Below, piece after piece: positions 43,182 to 54,433 of a DNA stretch of 64,000 nucleotides. The notes beneath the pieces are model-generated. The model ran no database searches and had not been told where the DNA came from. It saw only the letters and a list, made by a program, of their open reading frames with translations. The stretch is taken from contig JARQWU010000010.1 in the NCBI GenBank assembly GCA_040182905.1, forward strand, positions 1 through 64,000, written 5' to 3'. Origin of the DNA: Barthelona sp. PAP020 (taxonomy: Eukaryota). A program made the translations under genes and the position numbers. Within the stretch, counting starts at the first letter, position 1, and each line of letters begins with the position of its first letter.

Positions 43182-46064
43182 CTATTCAACGAACTGTTCT
43201 TTCTCTCTGTTCAACTCTTCCAAACGATACTCATCAACTTCTTCATCGATTTCCAAATCAACGTTATATCTTTTTGATGAGCTACTTCTTTGTTGAGTGT
43301 TAACCAAATAAGGGTAAACATTAGAAATGGTAATATTGGCCAAACCACGTTTATGAACTGATAATGCAGTAACTTGTGCAGCCAAAGCACCACCATAGAA
43401 CCTTTCACCTATTTTAATGTTCGGCAATTGAATTTCAACAGGTTTAAGATCACCTAAAGTACCTTCAACAAGAACTTGTTGATTGATAGAATGTTGAAGA
43501 AGTTCATGCCACAAAGGTTGAGTGGCAAGAACATTTGGATTGCCAACAACAACCAAGCCATATCTAGCACGAGTTAAAGCAACATTAAGACGTCTTGGGT
43601 CTTTCAAAAATCCAATAATTGAAGTTTCGTTTGATCTAACACAAGATAGAATAATAAACTCCTTTTCACGACCTTGGAATGAATCAACACTGGAAACTTC
43701 TAAACGTCTATATAGATTCTGTTGTAGAACCCCCTGACGCATCAGATGCTGAACAATATACGCACGTTGTCCTTCGTATGGAGTTATAATACCAATATTC
43801 TCAGGATGTACACCACAACTCAAGAATTTATGAACCACTTTTGCAACAATTTCAGCCTCCATTCGATTAATAAAAGATGTACCAGTGGCAGATAATTCTT
43901 CATACCCATTGCTAGAATAGAACATAAATGGACGATTGGCGACAGGCCAAGGGAATTTCATTTGAGGCAAAGTTCTTTCTTCTGCTGAAACACCATCTTG
44001 TAAAGTTCCTTCATAAAATGTCGCAGAAGGGAAGGTAGATAAAGCAGGATGCATACGGTACTGAACTTCCAAACGAATGGGTCTAACACCCAGAAGTACT
44101 AATCTTTCAAATAAAGATTGAGTGAATCCAGCAGAAGCAGCTGGCTTACACATAATTACAGGTCCCAATTGACAATGATCACCAACTAAAATAACTTGTT
44201 TAGCTTTCAACGTAATAGGAATAAGAGTTTCAGGTTCAGTAGCTTGTGTACTTTCATCAATCAGAACTGTATGGAACTCCATTTTAGCAAATCTTGGGTC
44301 ACCAGATGCAACACAAGTAGTAACAATAACATCTGCGCTGAGTAAAACTTCACGTTCAAAATTAAAGCGAAGACGATTGATGGTGTTCTGTTGTTTTTTA
44401 GTTAAAATAATACCTTCATCACGTTTTTGAATTAATTTCTGGTATTCTTCATTCTTTGAAGCCTTGTATTGAATGATACTGTGTAAAGTTAAGAAATCAA
44501 CGGAACATGGAATACCTTCACGAGATCTAGCACATACCCTAACAACAACTACACCAGTTGCATTGATTTTACTTGCCAACTGATCGGCTGCAACATTTGA
44601 AGGTGCACAAACAAGAATTTTCTTTCGATTTTTTTCTTTATTTTTGTGTTTTTGACTGTTCAAACGATTAACAATATGGTAGATGATAGTGGCCGATGTA
44701 ACAGTTTTTCCTGTTCCAGGAGGTCCTTGAATCAAAGATAATGGCTGACTCAAAGCTATTTGAACTGCATGGGCTTGTGAATGATCTAACAGAGGCAATG
44801 ATGGGGCATTAACTTCTTCAATAGCAGGAACTGTTCCAAAATCTTTCAATTGAGCTTTTTTTTCTGCATCAGACAATGGATTTCCCAAAATTTTTGCTTT
44901 TAGATAGGAAGCCATGCATTCATTTTTGGAAGAAGCAAATCTTTTCAAAGCTTTGGTCATACGTTCAAATGAAATAGCTTTCCAAATCAACTCAACACTG
45001 TATTTTTGAGAATCTTGGGCCTCATTAAATCCTGGGAAATCAGCTACAATTTCATCATCAGAATTTATTGCAATAACGTATCCATCCGCAACCTTTTCAG
45101 TTCCTTCATCATCAAAATATTTAATTTTGAGTTCATCACCAGGAATCAATCTCAATTCAACCTCAAAATAAAAATGAAAGGTTCCTCTGTATCCTTTGGA
45201 AATTTTCTCCCATCTAATTGGAATATTGGACTTGGCCTGGGATTCTTTCAAACGTCGATCATATTCACCTTCAATTTTAATTAAAGGCAACATAATGTCT
45301 CTGTATAATTCTGCTGTGGAATATTGAAGCAAAACAGACTGAATTTTAGGTCCAGAATCTTGTTCATTTCCTTTAGCATGTGGATTTTTCAACCACAATT
45401 CCTCCAATTGAGATAACAATTGAGGAGTGACAGCCTTAGCTGCCAATATTTGTTGCTCAGTAGGAACATGTGCAATCCAATTTAACAGTTCTTTATTGGA
45501 TTGAATTAAAGGTGTCCATGCATCAAAATCCCAATCAGAATTACTGGTATCAAATGTGTGAATACAATTATGCCTGCATAATATTGCAACAACATCCTCA
45601 GTTTTTGAAGGGACATATCCCAACGTAAAAATATTTTCAACAGAACATTGATAACACTCCAAATCAATGATTCCTAATTCCGCATTTGGATGTAATCTCA
45701 CAGCATGGTGTTTGGATTTAACTAGATGGTGAACAATATGAGAAGCGGTGACATTTCCGCCTTTACCATTACAAAACCATTTTAAACATTGTTTACATTG
45801 AACTAAACAATTAAGATCACTGATCCCACAGTACGCACAACAAACATTATCTTCACTTTTATTTTCCTGATTGTCAATATCTTCAATTGATTCAACTTTG
45901 CCTTGTAATGTTGATTTTTTTTCATCAGGTGCAACATCAATTGCCCAAGATTCCTTCAATGTTAGATTCTTATATTTTCATTAAATTACATTCAAATCAT
46001 CAGTCACATCAACAGAATAAAAATCCTGATCAAAATTATAGGATTCTTTTGAAGAATCCATCAT
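43182..46064 (-). CDS. UPF1: NMD helicase UPF1, 2 exons: 46064-45990 and 45953-43182
   Basis: CH domain 'CAYCGI..KWFCNG..SHIVHHLV', 'LIQGPPGTGKT', 'DESTQATEPE', 'QYRMHP', 'DSFQGREK', 'RRLNVALTRA'. Confidence 0.95.
45954..45989 (-). other. Spliceosomal intron (36 nt) in UPF1
   Basis: GTAATT...TCTAAC-ATTGAAG; carries an in-frame TAA; splicing joins ATG 46064 in frame. Confidence 0.85.
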
Positions 46065-46457
46065 AAATGCAATAAAAAATGGTAATTTTTCATTGAATCA
46101 TTTGTTTATTTATTTTCACCATTTTTCAACAATTATTCTGTTCATTATTGAGTAATAAGAGAAATAATAAAGAAGATCGTGAAAAACTTAATTTTTTTCC
46201 GAAAATTTTGAGAAAACCAAAATTTATTGATGCTTAAAGAAGTTTTTTTGATAAAAATTAAAAGTTAACAGCCGAAGAAAATTAATTGAAAAAATCTCAC
46301 GAAATTTTGGGTTAAATGTACACTATTGGGATTTCCTAAATATAATACGCCAGGAAAAAAAAGATATTGTTAGGTTTAAGGGAAAGAGACAAACTGGGAA
46401 AAAGAGGAATCTTGGAGATTCAACAAAAGTTTCTCCAAACTTTTTTTTTTTTGCGTT

Positions 46458-48015
46458 ATGTTATTACACAAATATCACAGTCCCAGTGCGACTATTACCG
46501 AATCAACGATTGAAACCGTCTATAATTATGAACAGTTTAACTATTCATTTTATTTTTCTAACTTTTAGACCTGTTGTTACTGTTGAAAATAATGAGGCTA
46601 CTGTTTCTTCTAAAACCACTGCTGTTCACTTTAAAACAGATAAGGTTGTTCCCAAAACTGGTTTTATGATTGTTGGTCTTGGTGGTAACAATGGTACTAC
46701 CCTTACTGGTGGTGTTTTGGCTAACAAGCACAACATTACCTGGAACTCAAAGAAGGGTGAAATGAAATCTAATTTCTGGGGTTCTGTTTCTCAAAGCACT
46801 TGCATTCAATTGGGTTTGATTAATGGTGAACAAATTCTTCTTCCCATGAAAAATGTCTTGCCTATGGTCGAACCTACTGACCTCGTCATTGGTGGTTGGG
46901 ATATTAACGCTATGGATTTGGGTGAAGCTATGCGCAGAGCTGAAGTTTTTGATTACAATTTACAAGAAAAGTTGTATCCTTATATGAAAGAAATTAAGCC
47001 TTATGCTGGTGTTTATTATCCTGATTTTATTGCTGCCAATCAAGAAACTCGTGCTGACAATGTTCTTGAAGGAACAAAGGCTGATCATGTTGAAAAGATT
47101 CGTGAACAAATTCGTGATTTCAAAGCAAAGAATGGTCTTGATAAGGTCATTATTCTTTGGTCTGCCAATACTGAACGTTATTCTGAACTTATTCCTGGTG
47201 TTCATGATACTGCTGAAAATTTCCTCAAGGCTGTTGAAGAAGGTCATTCTGAAATTGCTCCTTCTGCCATTTATGCTTTGGCTGCCATTAAAGAAAACTG
47301 TGCTTACATTAATGGTTCTCCTCAAAATACTTTGGTTCCTGGTCTGATTGAATATGCTGAAAAGTGCAAGGTTTACATTGGTGGTGATGATTTCAAGTCT
47401 GGTCAAACCAAGATGAAATCCGTTCTTGCTGATTTCTTGGTTAATGCTGGTTTGAAATTAGAATCTATTGTTTCTTACAATCATTTAGGAAACAATGATG
47501 GTTATAATCTTTCTGCTCCCAAGCAATTCAGATCTAAGGAAATTTCTAAGTCAGATGTTGTCAATGATATTGTTAATGGCAATAGAATGTTGTATGAAGA
47601 TGGTGAAAAGCCTGATCACTGCGTTGTCATCAAGTATGTACCTTTTGTTGGTGATTCAAAGCGTGCTATGGATGAATACACTTCTTCTATCTTTATGAAT
47701 GGTTTAAATACTATTGTTATGCATAACACTTGTGAAGATTCACTTCTTGCTGCCCCTATTATTTTAGATCTTTGTTTATACACAGAATTATTCCAACGTA
47801 TCACTTATAAAACTGAGCAAATGGAAGATTATGAACATTTTGAATCTGTTTTGTCTATCCTTTCATATTTCCTTAAGGCCCCATTAGTTCCCAAAGGACA
47901 ACCTGTTATTAACGCTCTTTTTAAACAACGTGCTGCTTTAGAAAATACCATCCGTGCTGTCGCTGGTCTTCCCGTTGATACTTCTATTGCTTTAGAACAA
48001 CGTGCTCATTTGTGA
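46458..48015 (+). CDS. INO1: myo-inositol-1-phosphate synthase (eukaryotic type), 2 exons: 46458-46534 and 46569-48015
   Basis: 'GLGGNNGTT', 'LWSANTERY', 'NGSPQNT', 'GDDFKSGQTK', 'SYNHLGNNDG'; spliced N-terminus 'SPSATITESTIETVYNYEQ'. Confidence 0.95.
46535..46568 (+). other. Spliceosomal intron (34 nt) in INO1
   Basis: GTTTAA...TCTAAC-TTTTAG; phase 2, restores the conserved N-terminus. Confidence 0.85.
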
Positions 48016-48075
48016 GAAATTTGACGTTTTAAAAAAGTTTGTTTTTGAAATTTTGATAAAGAATTTTTTATTTAT

Positions 48076-49335
48076 TTATTTTTGTTCTATGAACTCAAAA
48101 AAGCTGTCAGGTAAATGCATTTGATTCAAATAGAGATTTTGAAAGGAAAAATTGGGTGTGAATGGGTAATGTTGACATTGAAACACACCTATTTGTTGAA
48201 TTGTGGAATATATTTCTTTTTGCTTGTCAACATTATACAATCCTCCTAATTTTGTTTCATTTCCATCATCAATTAATGCAATAACATTAAGATAAATTGC
48301 TAAAGGAGGAACAATGATATTTGGTGGTATTGGAACTGAAACAGCAACATTGCCAATTTTTTTTGAAAATGACAATTTTGAAATGGAAGATTTAAGATTG
48401 AAATAAGATCTTTGAGGACTAATTATGGACTTTAAATTTGAAAACTTAGCTTCTAAGGAAGGTAACTGATTTATAGCTTTTTCGATAATTTTTTGAAAAT
48501 CTTTTGAAATAATGGGGTTCATTATTGATGCAACTACTGAAAAACAATGAATATTTGCAGCATATTCAGCAATTTCTAAAAAGAAAGACAAAGCTTTTTC
48601 TGGAACCTTTGTGTCAAAAAGTGTTCTGGACACAAAAGTTGATATCGACTCCGAAAAATAAATATAGTTTTGAATATTTCTGGTATTAGCTTTTTGCTTT
48701 ACATTCATCCATCGACATCCAGCAAATTCAGTCATCTTAATAGCCGTCAACAATGCTAAGTCATGAAGAGCTAGTTGTTGAGCGAATTTGTCTGGAGTAA
48801 ATAATTTCCAATCACTGTGGTCTGTACTGTTTTTACACAATTTTACAATGGGTCCATCAACTGGTGTCATGAATTTATTTCGTAAGGCATCAACCAAATC
48901 AATAATGACACTTTGCTCAATAATATATTGTGGAATACATTGAGATATAATATCTCCAACACTGTAAGTTATCAATTCAGGAAAATATTTTATCAACAAA
49001 GTTAATGATTTAATCAATAAAACTTGATTATTTTCTGGTATTTGAGGATAAAAATACCTCCAAACTTCCAAATATTCCTCAATTGGAAAGACATTGTTTA
49101 ACATCAAAAATACAATTTTACAACGTTCCTCCCAAATATCAACCGGAACATCTGAACATGCTGTAGATAATAATATTGCTCCTATAGAACCAACTACTAA
49201 AGTTCCATCCCCAAATATGATATCCTCAATTTCCAAAATGGGTAAATTATCCTTTTTCAAATTATTTGCCTTTTCTAACAATAATTCAACCGATTTTCTT
49301 CCGGATTTAACAAGTCCAAAAATGGGATATGTCAT
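48076..49335 (-). CDS. RasGEF (CDC25 domain) protein
   Basis: 'PDKFAQQLALHD', 'FFLEIAE....HCFSVVASI', 'IISPQRSYFNLK', 'VPPLAIYL...IDDGNET...YNVDK'; ATG at 49335. Confidence 0.8.
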   Translation of the reverse strand: MTYPIFGLVKSGRKSVELLLEKANNLKKDNLPILEIEDIIFGDGTLVVGSIGAILLSTACSDVPVDIWEERCKIVFLMLNNVFPIEEYLEVWRYFYPQIPENNQVLLIKSLTLLIKYFPELITYSVGDIISQCIPQYIIEQSVIIDLVDALRNKFMTPVDGPIVKLCKNSTDHSDWKLFTPDKFAQQLALHDLALLTAIKMTEFAGCRWMNVKQKANTRNIQNYIYFSESISTFVSRTLFDTKVPEKALSFFLEIAEYAANIHCFSVVASIMNPIISKDFQKIIEKAINQLPSLEAKFSNLKSIISPQRSYFNLKSSISKLSFSKKIGNVAVSVPIPPNIIVPPLAIYLNVIALIDDGNETKLGGLYNVDKQKEIYSTIQQIGVFQCQHYPFTPNFSFQNLYLNQMHLPDSFFEFIEQK

Positions 49336-49357
49336 CAACAAACAAAAATCTAATTAT

Positions 49358-49825
49358 TTATATTATTCTCAATAGGTTGAGCTCTTCTTCAATTCTCTTT
49401 TGTTCATCAACAGTAAAATCATTTTTTTCATCAAAAATATCGCGAATATCCTCAATAGACATAGATTTCATTAGTTTTCCAAGTTTTTCACAACAAATAT
49501 CTAACATGTAATCAAATTCCAATTGACTCGCAATATCTATTAATTCTATTAATTCTGATGTTGTTACATTGGTGAAATCACCCATAAACTGAATTAATTC
49601 AGCATCAAAAATAAAATCATGATCACTTTTTCTTTTGGCTATAGAATGATCAAATTCAAGAGCTTTTGCAACTTTTTCAAAAGATTTAACATCAATAAAT
49701 GGTATTTCAATTTGGTTACCATTTTTTTCAATTTGTTTCGCAATATATCGGGATATACAAGCTTGTTCTTTGTCTAGTTGAACAGTTTTGTTATCATTCA
49801 AAAGAACAGTGACAAAATTTGACAT
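49358..49825 (-). CDS. SKP1: SKP1-family protein
   Basis: 'IELIDIASQLEFDYMLDICCEKLG..MKSMSIEDIRDIF..KNDFT.DE...I..E'; ATG at 49825. Confidence 0.85.
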   Translation of the reverse strand: MSNFVTVLLNDNKTVQLDKEQACISRYIAKQIEKNGNQIEIPFIDVKSFEKVAKALEFDHSIAKRKSDHDFIFDAELIQFMGDFTNVTTSELIELIDIASQLEFDYMLDICCEKLGKLMKSMSIEDIRDIFDEKNDFTVDEQKRIEEELNLLRII

Positions 49826-49963
49826 AGTTAAAGAAAAAAAAAAGGATATAAACAACATTTACATTTAAAGAGAAAATAAAGATCTAATATTATTCATTAT
49901 GAGATGCAATGAGTCAAAAGAAAACAATTCTAAAAATCACAAAAAAGGTAAAAACTATCGAAC

Positions 49964-50152
49964 TTACAATTTGATTAAAGAATCAATAATATTAGAATCA
50001 TTTAATTCAAGAGAAATGTTTGGAATAATGGGTGCATGATTAGAAATGATTTCTTCGTGAGCATCAACAAATAGTTTTTCCGAAATATCATAAACAAACC
50101 ATTCTTTATCGGCAAATTCAAGAAGAATGTTATTGTTGCTCAACCATGACAT
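49964..50152 (-). CDS. Small 62-aa protein, weakly Apc13-like
   Basis: ATG-initiated ORF filling a gap between genes; 'ILLEFADKEW' resembles Apc13 'ILDLIDDAW'. Confidence 0.35.
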   Translation of the reverse strand: MSWLSNNNILLEFADKEWFVYDISEKLFVDAHEEIISNHAPIIPNISLELNDSNIIDSLIKL

Positions 50153-50190
50153 TGAAAAATTAAGAAATAATTATTCTCATTTCATTTTTG

Positions 50191-51342
50191 ATGTCTCAAA
50201 TTACCAGTTTTTTAGAAGATGTTCAGGAAAAGAGAGGTTTACCAGCTGCATGTATATTTGCAATAGGATTTCCGAATGCTACAACAACAGAACAAATTCG
50301 TTCACATTTTCAAACGGCTGGACCAATATTAGATGTTAAACGAAAAAAGGACAAAGAGAATAATGTGTATTGCTTTGTTCAATTCGAAAATCCTGCAGAT
50401 GCACAGGCTGTTGTTTCGATTGTAGATTTTCATCAATTTAATCCGGAGTGTGCACTTCGATTGGAATTTGCAAATATAAATACAACATTGTTTGTGGGAA
50501 ATATTGAAAACAAAACACTTGATGAGATAAGTAGTGCTTTTTCGGCATTTGGTCCTCTTGAACATGTCTCAATCAAAAATAATGAGACTTCTGGTTTTGC
50601 ATTTGTAACTTTTAAATATCGGGAAGATGCTAATGAGGCATTTCTTTGGTTTTCACAGAGTAGTAACAGTTCATTTAAAGTACAGTGGTCGAGGAAATCC
50701 AGACTTTCTATTTTAAGAAGAAACACATTATTTATAGGTGGAATGAATCTCAGTACAACAGAGAGTTCCCTTGAAAGTATTTTTTCTGAATACGCAACAA
50801 TTTCAAGAGTTTCCGTTGTAAGTTCCTCTAGCAATTCAGGATTAGGTTTTGGATTTGTTGAATTTTCATTTAAAGATGAAGAAGATTCGGAAGAAATATT
50901 GGCACGTGCTATTGCTGAAAAGAACGATTTTATTTTAGATGGAAATGCCATTCGTGTTCAACATATTCAAAAGAAAGCCAAAAATCCAAAGTTAGCGCAT
51001 ATTCAATACACAGATAAGACTCACAAGAAAGAAAGAAAAAAAAATAACAACAAAAATCAAAATCAAAAAACAAACACAATAAATTCCGAAATTATCACTT
51101 CTGATACCGAATTTTTGAGTGTCAATACTGGTGTGCCGTTTCATTCTGACCATGATAGTTCTTCTTTTTCAGACAATACTCTTTCATTTAATTTTACTGA
51201 AGAAGAATTCGGTTTACCTGATTCATCTTTTGGGTCCAGTGATTTATTTGACAGTCAAGTGACAAATTTAATTTCCACCATGTCAACAATAGAATTAAGT
51301 TCAGATGATTACACTTTTGACACCTCTGCGTTGTTTATTTAG
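50191..51342 (+). CDS. Three-RRM RNA-binding protein
   Basis: RNP1 motifs 'YCFVQF', 'GFAFVTF', 'GFGFVEF'; RNP2 'LFVGNI', 'LFIGGM'. Confidence 0.85.
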   Translation: MSQITSFLEDVQEKRGLPAACIFAIGFPNATTTEQIRSHFQTAGPILDVKRKKDKENNVYCFVQFENPADAQAVVSIVDFHQFNPECALRLEFANINTTLFVGNIENKTLDEISSAFSAFGPLEHVSIKNNETSGFAFVTFKYREDANEAFLWFSQSSNSSFKVQWSRKSRLSILRRNTLFIGGMNLSTTESSLESIFSEYATISRVSVVSSSSNSGLGFGFVEFSFKDEEDSEEILARAIAEKNDFILDGNAIRVQHIQKKAKNPKLAHIQYTDKTHKKERKKNNNKNQNQKTNTINSEIITSDTEFLSVNTGVPFHSDHDSSSFSDNTLSFNFTEEEFGLPDSSFGSSDLFDSQVTNLISTMSTIELSSDDYTFDTSALFI

Positions 51343-51416
51343 AAACATCAACAAAAGTGTTTGTAAAAGTCTTTATTTAAACTTTTTTTTTTTTTCTGTT
51401 CAAGATAATCAGCACA

Positions 51417-51815
51417 ATGAATTTAAAGTTCATATGTCTTTGTTTGATTTGTTTATCATTCTGTATGTGTGAAAATGAAAAACTAAAAATTGGTTTATTG
51501 AAAAAAGTTCCAGATTGTGAAAGAAAGGCAAGAATAGGTGATACAATCAGTGTACATTATGCTGGTCATGTTCGTGGACAAGATGAAGACTTTGATAATT
51601 CCTACAAACGTGGTGAACCTTTTTCATTTGTTTTGGGTCAAAATCGTGTGATTCAAGGTTGGGAAAAAGGTTTGTTGGGTTCTTGTGTTGGAGAAAAAAG
51701 AAGATTAACCATTCCTCCTAGATTTGGCTATGGTGATAATGATGTTGGTGATGGTTTGATTCCTGGTGGCAGTACATTAATTTTTGATGTTGAAGTTATG
51801 GATATTTCTCGTTAA
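51417..51815 (+). CDS. FKBP2: Secretory FKBP-type PPIase (FKBP2/FKBP13-like)
   Basis: Signal peptide; 'GDTISVHY.G', 'FDNSY.RGEPF.F.LG', 'VIQGWEKGL', 'IPGGSTLIFDVE'. Confidence 0.9.
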   Translation: MNLKFICLCLICLSFCMCENEKLKIGLLKKVPDCERKARIGDTISVHYAGHVRGQDEDFDNSYKRGEPFSFVLGQNRVIQGWEKGLLGSCVGEKRRLTIPPRFGYGDNDVGDGLIPGGSTLIFDVEVMDISR

Positions 51816-51840
51816 TGTAAAATGGATTTTCGTTTTTATT

Positions 51841-52630
51841 TTGCTTTCCTCTCAATATATTCAGAGAGAGTAAAAAAATATATCTTTGTCCATTTTCTTG
51901 TTTTTACCGATACAAGGTCTTTTAACATGGAAAATATTCATGAAATATTTCAAATTGCAAATCAAAGATAAAACATCTATTAAAACAGATCCTGTTTGCA
52001 GATAAAGAATAAATCCACTATGCTAAATTGCCTCATTGTCTTAAATTGACCAATGAACTGAATTCTTTCCTTTCAGAGAGCAAGGTAGAATTTACAAATT
52101 ATATTTTGGAAGTATTTATTCATCTCATATTCTCATGTTCCCTTTGAACAAAATGAAGATTCAAAAGAAATGGGATAAAGAAGGGTGAAGAAATGATGAT
52201 ATGTTGAAAACTTATTTCCATGCCAAGAAGCACTGTGCGAATGAGTGAATAAGAAAGAATAGTGTTTATTTGGTAAAAGGCTTTCGAGGCCTGATTGATC
52301 TGTTGAAAAACTTTAGATTTTCTAAGGTAAAGTTTAAACTTTAAAATTTTGCTTTTGCAAAAATTCAAAAAAAATAGGAATGAAGAATTTCTCCGAAATT
52401 CTCCCACTTGATCGTTTCAATTACATTTCAGTACCTCAATTCCCCTCCTGGGATTTTGACTGAAATTTGCTAGAATGAGTTTTCTGAGTTTACTTTCTTT
52501 GTAAATATTTAATTTCATTTCTTATGTTTCATTGGACTTCTTTGACAAAGTATCTAGACCTAAAAAATTCCTTAATTTGATGGATAAAAAGAATTTGTGT
52601 TCACTCCTAGACATGGTGCATCTTTACGTG
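51841..52630. ncRNA. Candidate structured non-coding RNA locus (family unassigned; possibly a snoRNA cluster)
   Basis: No credible ORF; many stems of 5-12 bp; box C/D-like pair ATGATGA (52193-52199) and CTGA (52291-52294). Confidence 0.4.
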
Positions 52631-52763
52631 GAAAAAAATAATAGGTAGTTTATATTTTATTTTATTTATTTTTATTTTATTTATTTTTATTTTATTCTTA
52701 AACATTTAACAACGATGAAAATCAAATTGGGTTTTGTAAGAACCAAGTAAAAAAAAAAAACAT

Positions 52764-54378
52764 TTATAAATTCAATGGCTGAACTTGTTTTCCAGACTTT
52801 CTCAACAAATGTAAAACCTTTTTTAATTTTTTTCTGGCTCCAGGTACCAACAAAGCAATATCTAACAAATCTTCTTCAATCAACTTGTTTTCCTTCAACC
52901 AATTCAGACATAAATTTACACAAAACTTATTGTCTCTGTTCTTTACAAAAACGATTGATTTCCCTTTATGTAAACCTCTCCCTGTTCTACCAATGCGATG
53001 AATATATGTGTGGTAATCTTGAGGAGCATCAAAAATAATCACAGTATTGACTGAGGGTATATCCAAACCTCTTCCAATTAAATCAGTACACACCATTATT
53101 CCACCAGTTCTTTTGAAATCATTGAGAATAGTGCGTCTTTCAACAGTAGACTTATCTCCATGAATACAATAAACGATATCCCATACTTTTTTGAAACGAA
53201 TCGCTAAAAGTTCTGTGTCATCTTTTTGAGAAACAAAAACCAACACACTTCCAGCCAATAAAAATTGTTCCATGTTTGTGACTAACCACTCCAATTTATC
53301 ATTCATACTTTGAACAACAACACAGTTTTGATCAATGAGAGCATGCTCCATATTCAATCCAACATTAATTTCCACTGACTTTCCTAACATTCTATGCAAA
53401 ACGTCCCGAGTAAAATCAGATAATGTAGCTGTACAACAGACAAGTTGAGCATCTTTTCTTAAATTGCGATATATATTCAAAATTTGTTTCTCAAAATTCA
53501 ATTCCAGCATTCTATCCACTTCATCAAACACCACATACGAGACTTCATCAAGTCGCAAAATTTTTTGAGCTAAGATGTCAATTAATCTTCCTGGTGTGGA
53601 TATTATTAAATGGCATGCAAATTTCTTCAGATATGAACTTTGAGCAAACTTGCTCTCACCACCCACCAAAGAAAACGAAACGTACTGAAGAGAATCAAAG
53701 TACGTTGATGCAACACTTAATATTTGTTCAGCAAGATCTTTAGTAGGAACAACAACCAACGCTATTGGTCCTTTATCAACGGTTTGATTGAAATGATTCA
53801 ACATCGGCAAAAGAAAAGCTAATGTCTTTCCTAAACAATTAGAAAATTTTGTGTAATCATGAGTTACCTTTTCCTGTTGGACCTACAATAATGGTATTGT
53901 GTCCTTTTTGAATAACAGGAATACCTTGCGATTGACATGGTAAAGGAGGTGCTAAACCATTCTCAATCAACTTTTCAACAATCAAATATGGCAAATTCAT
54001 ATCTTCCCAATTGAAAAAGGGGTTGATATTCTTTGAGCAACTAACGTCATTCACCATTCTCCATGCTTCAATGTCATGAATATCAACTTCATCTGATAAA
54101 GGTTGATAAAAATTATTATTTATGGGATTAAGGGGTTGAATTGTATTCAATTCCAAAATATCATCAATTGACTTTTTGAAATGAGATTCTTCATCAATAT
54201 CACTGTACACTTCTTCCTCATCTTCAAAATTTGGCACTCTTTTTAATCCATTGAACGAATTAATATGATTATTCTCATCAACTTCAACATTGGAAAATGA
54301 ATATTTCTTCTCGATTTGCTCTTCTTTTATTTCATTTTTTTCAAAAAAGGCATCAAAATCATCAAAATCATCATTCAT
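52764..54378 (-). CDS. DDX42: DEAD-box helicase DDX42-like, 2 exons: 54378-53868 and 53830-52764
   Basis: Spliced Walker A 'GPTGKGKTLAFLLPM', 'TPGRLID', DEVD, 'KLEWL....F...GSVLVFV', 'HRIGRTGR'. Confidence 0.85.
53831..53867 (-). other. Spliceosomal intron (37 nt) in the DDX42-like gene
   Basis: GTAACT...TCTAAT-TGTTTAG; interrupts Walker A in phase 1 and joins two ORF-track ORFs. Confidence 0.95.
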
Positions 54379-54433
54379 ATAAAAAAATAGCCAAAAAAAA
54401 AAAACCTCGCTTGTTTACAATAAACTAAACAAA

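Noticed and set aside
52120..52407. 95-aa minus-strand ORF in the structured region
   Set aside because: It has a non-ATG start, no motifs and atypical composition, and is better explained as non-coding.
52404..52413. GATCAAGTG on the minus strand resembling U2 snRNA
   Set aside because: It is not followed by the branch-pairing GUAGUA or the U2 stem IIa.
52620..52655. U1-like 5' end (AAACUACCU) on the minus strand
   Set aside because: It does not match ACUUACCU, and no convincing stem-loop I or Sm site follows.
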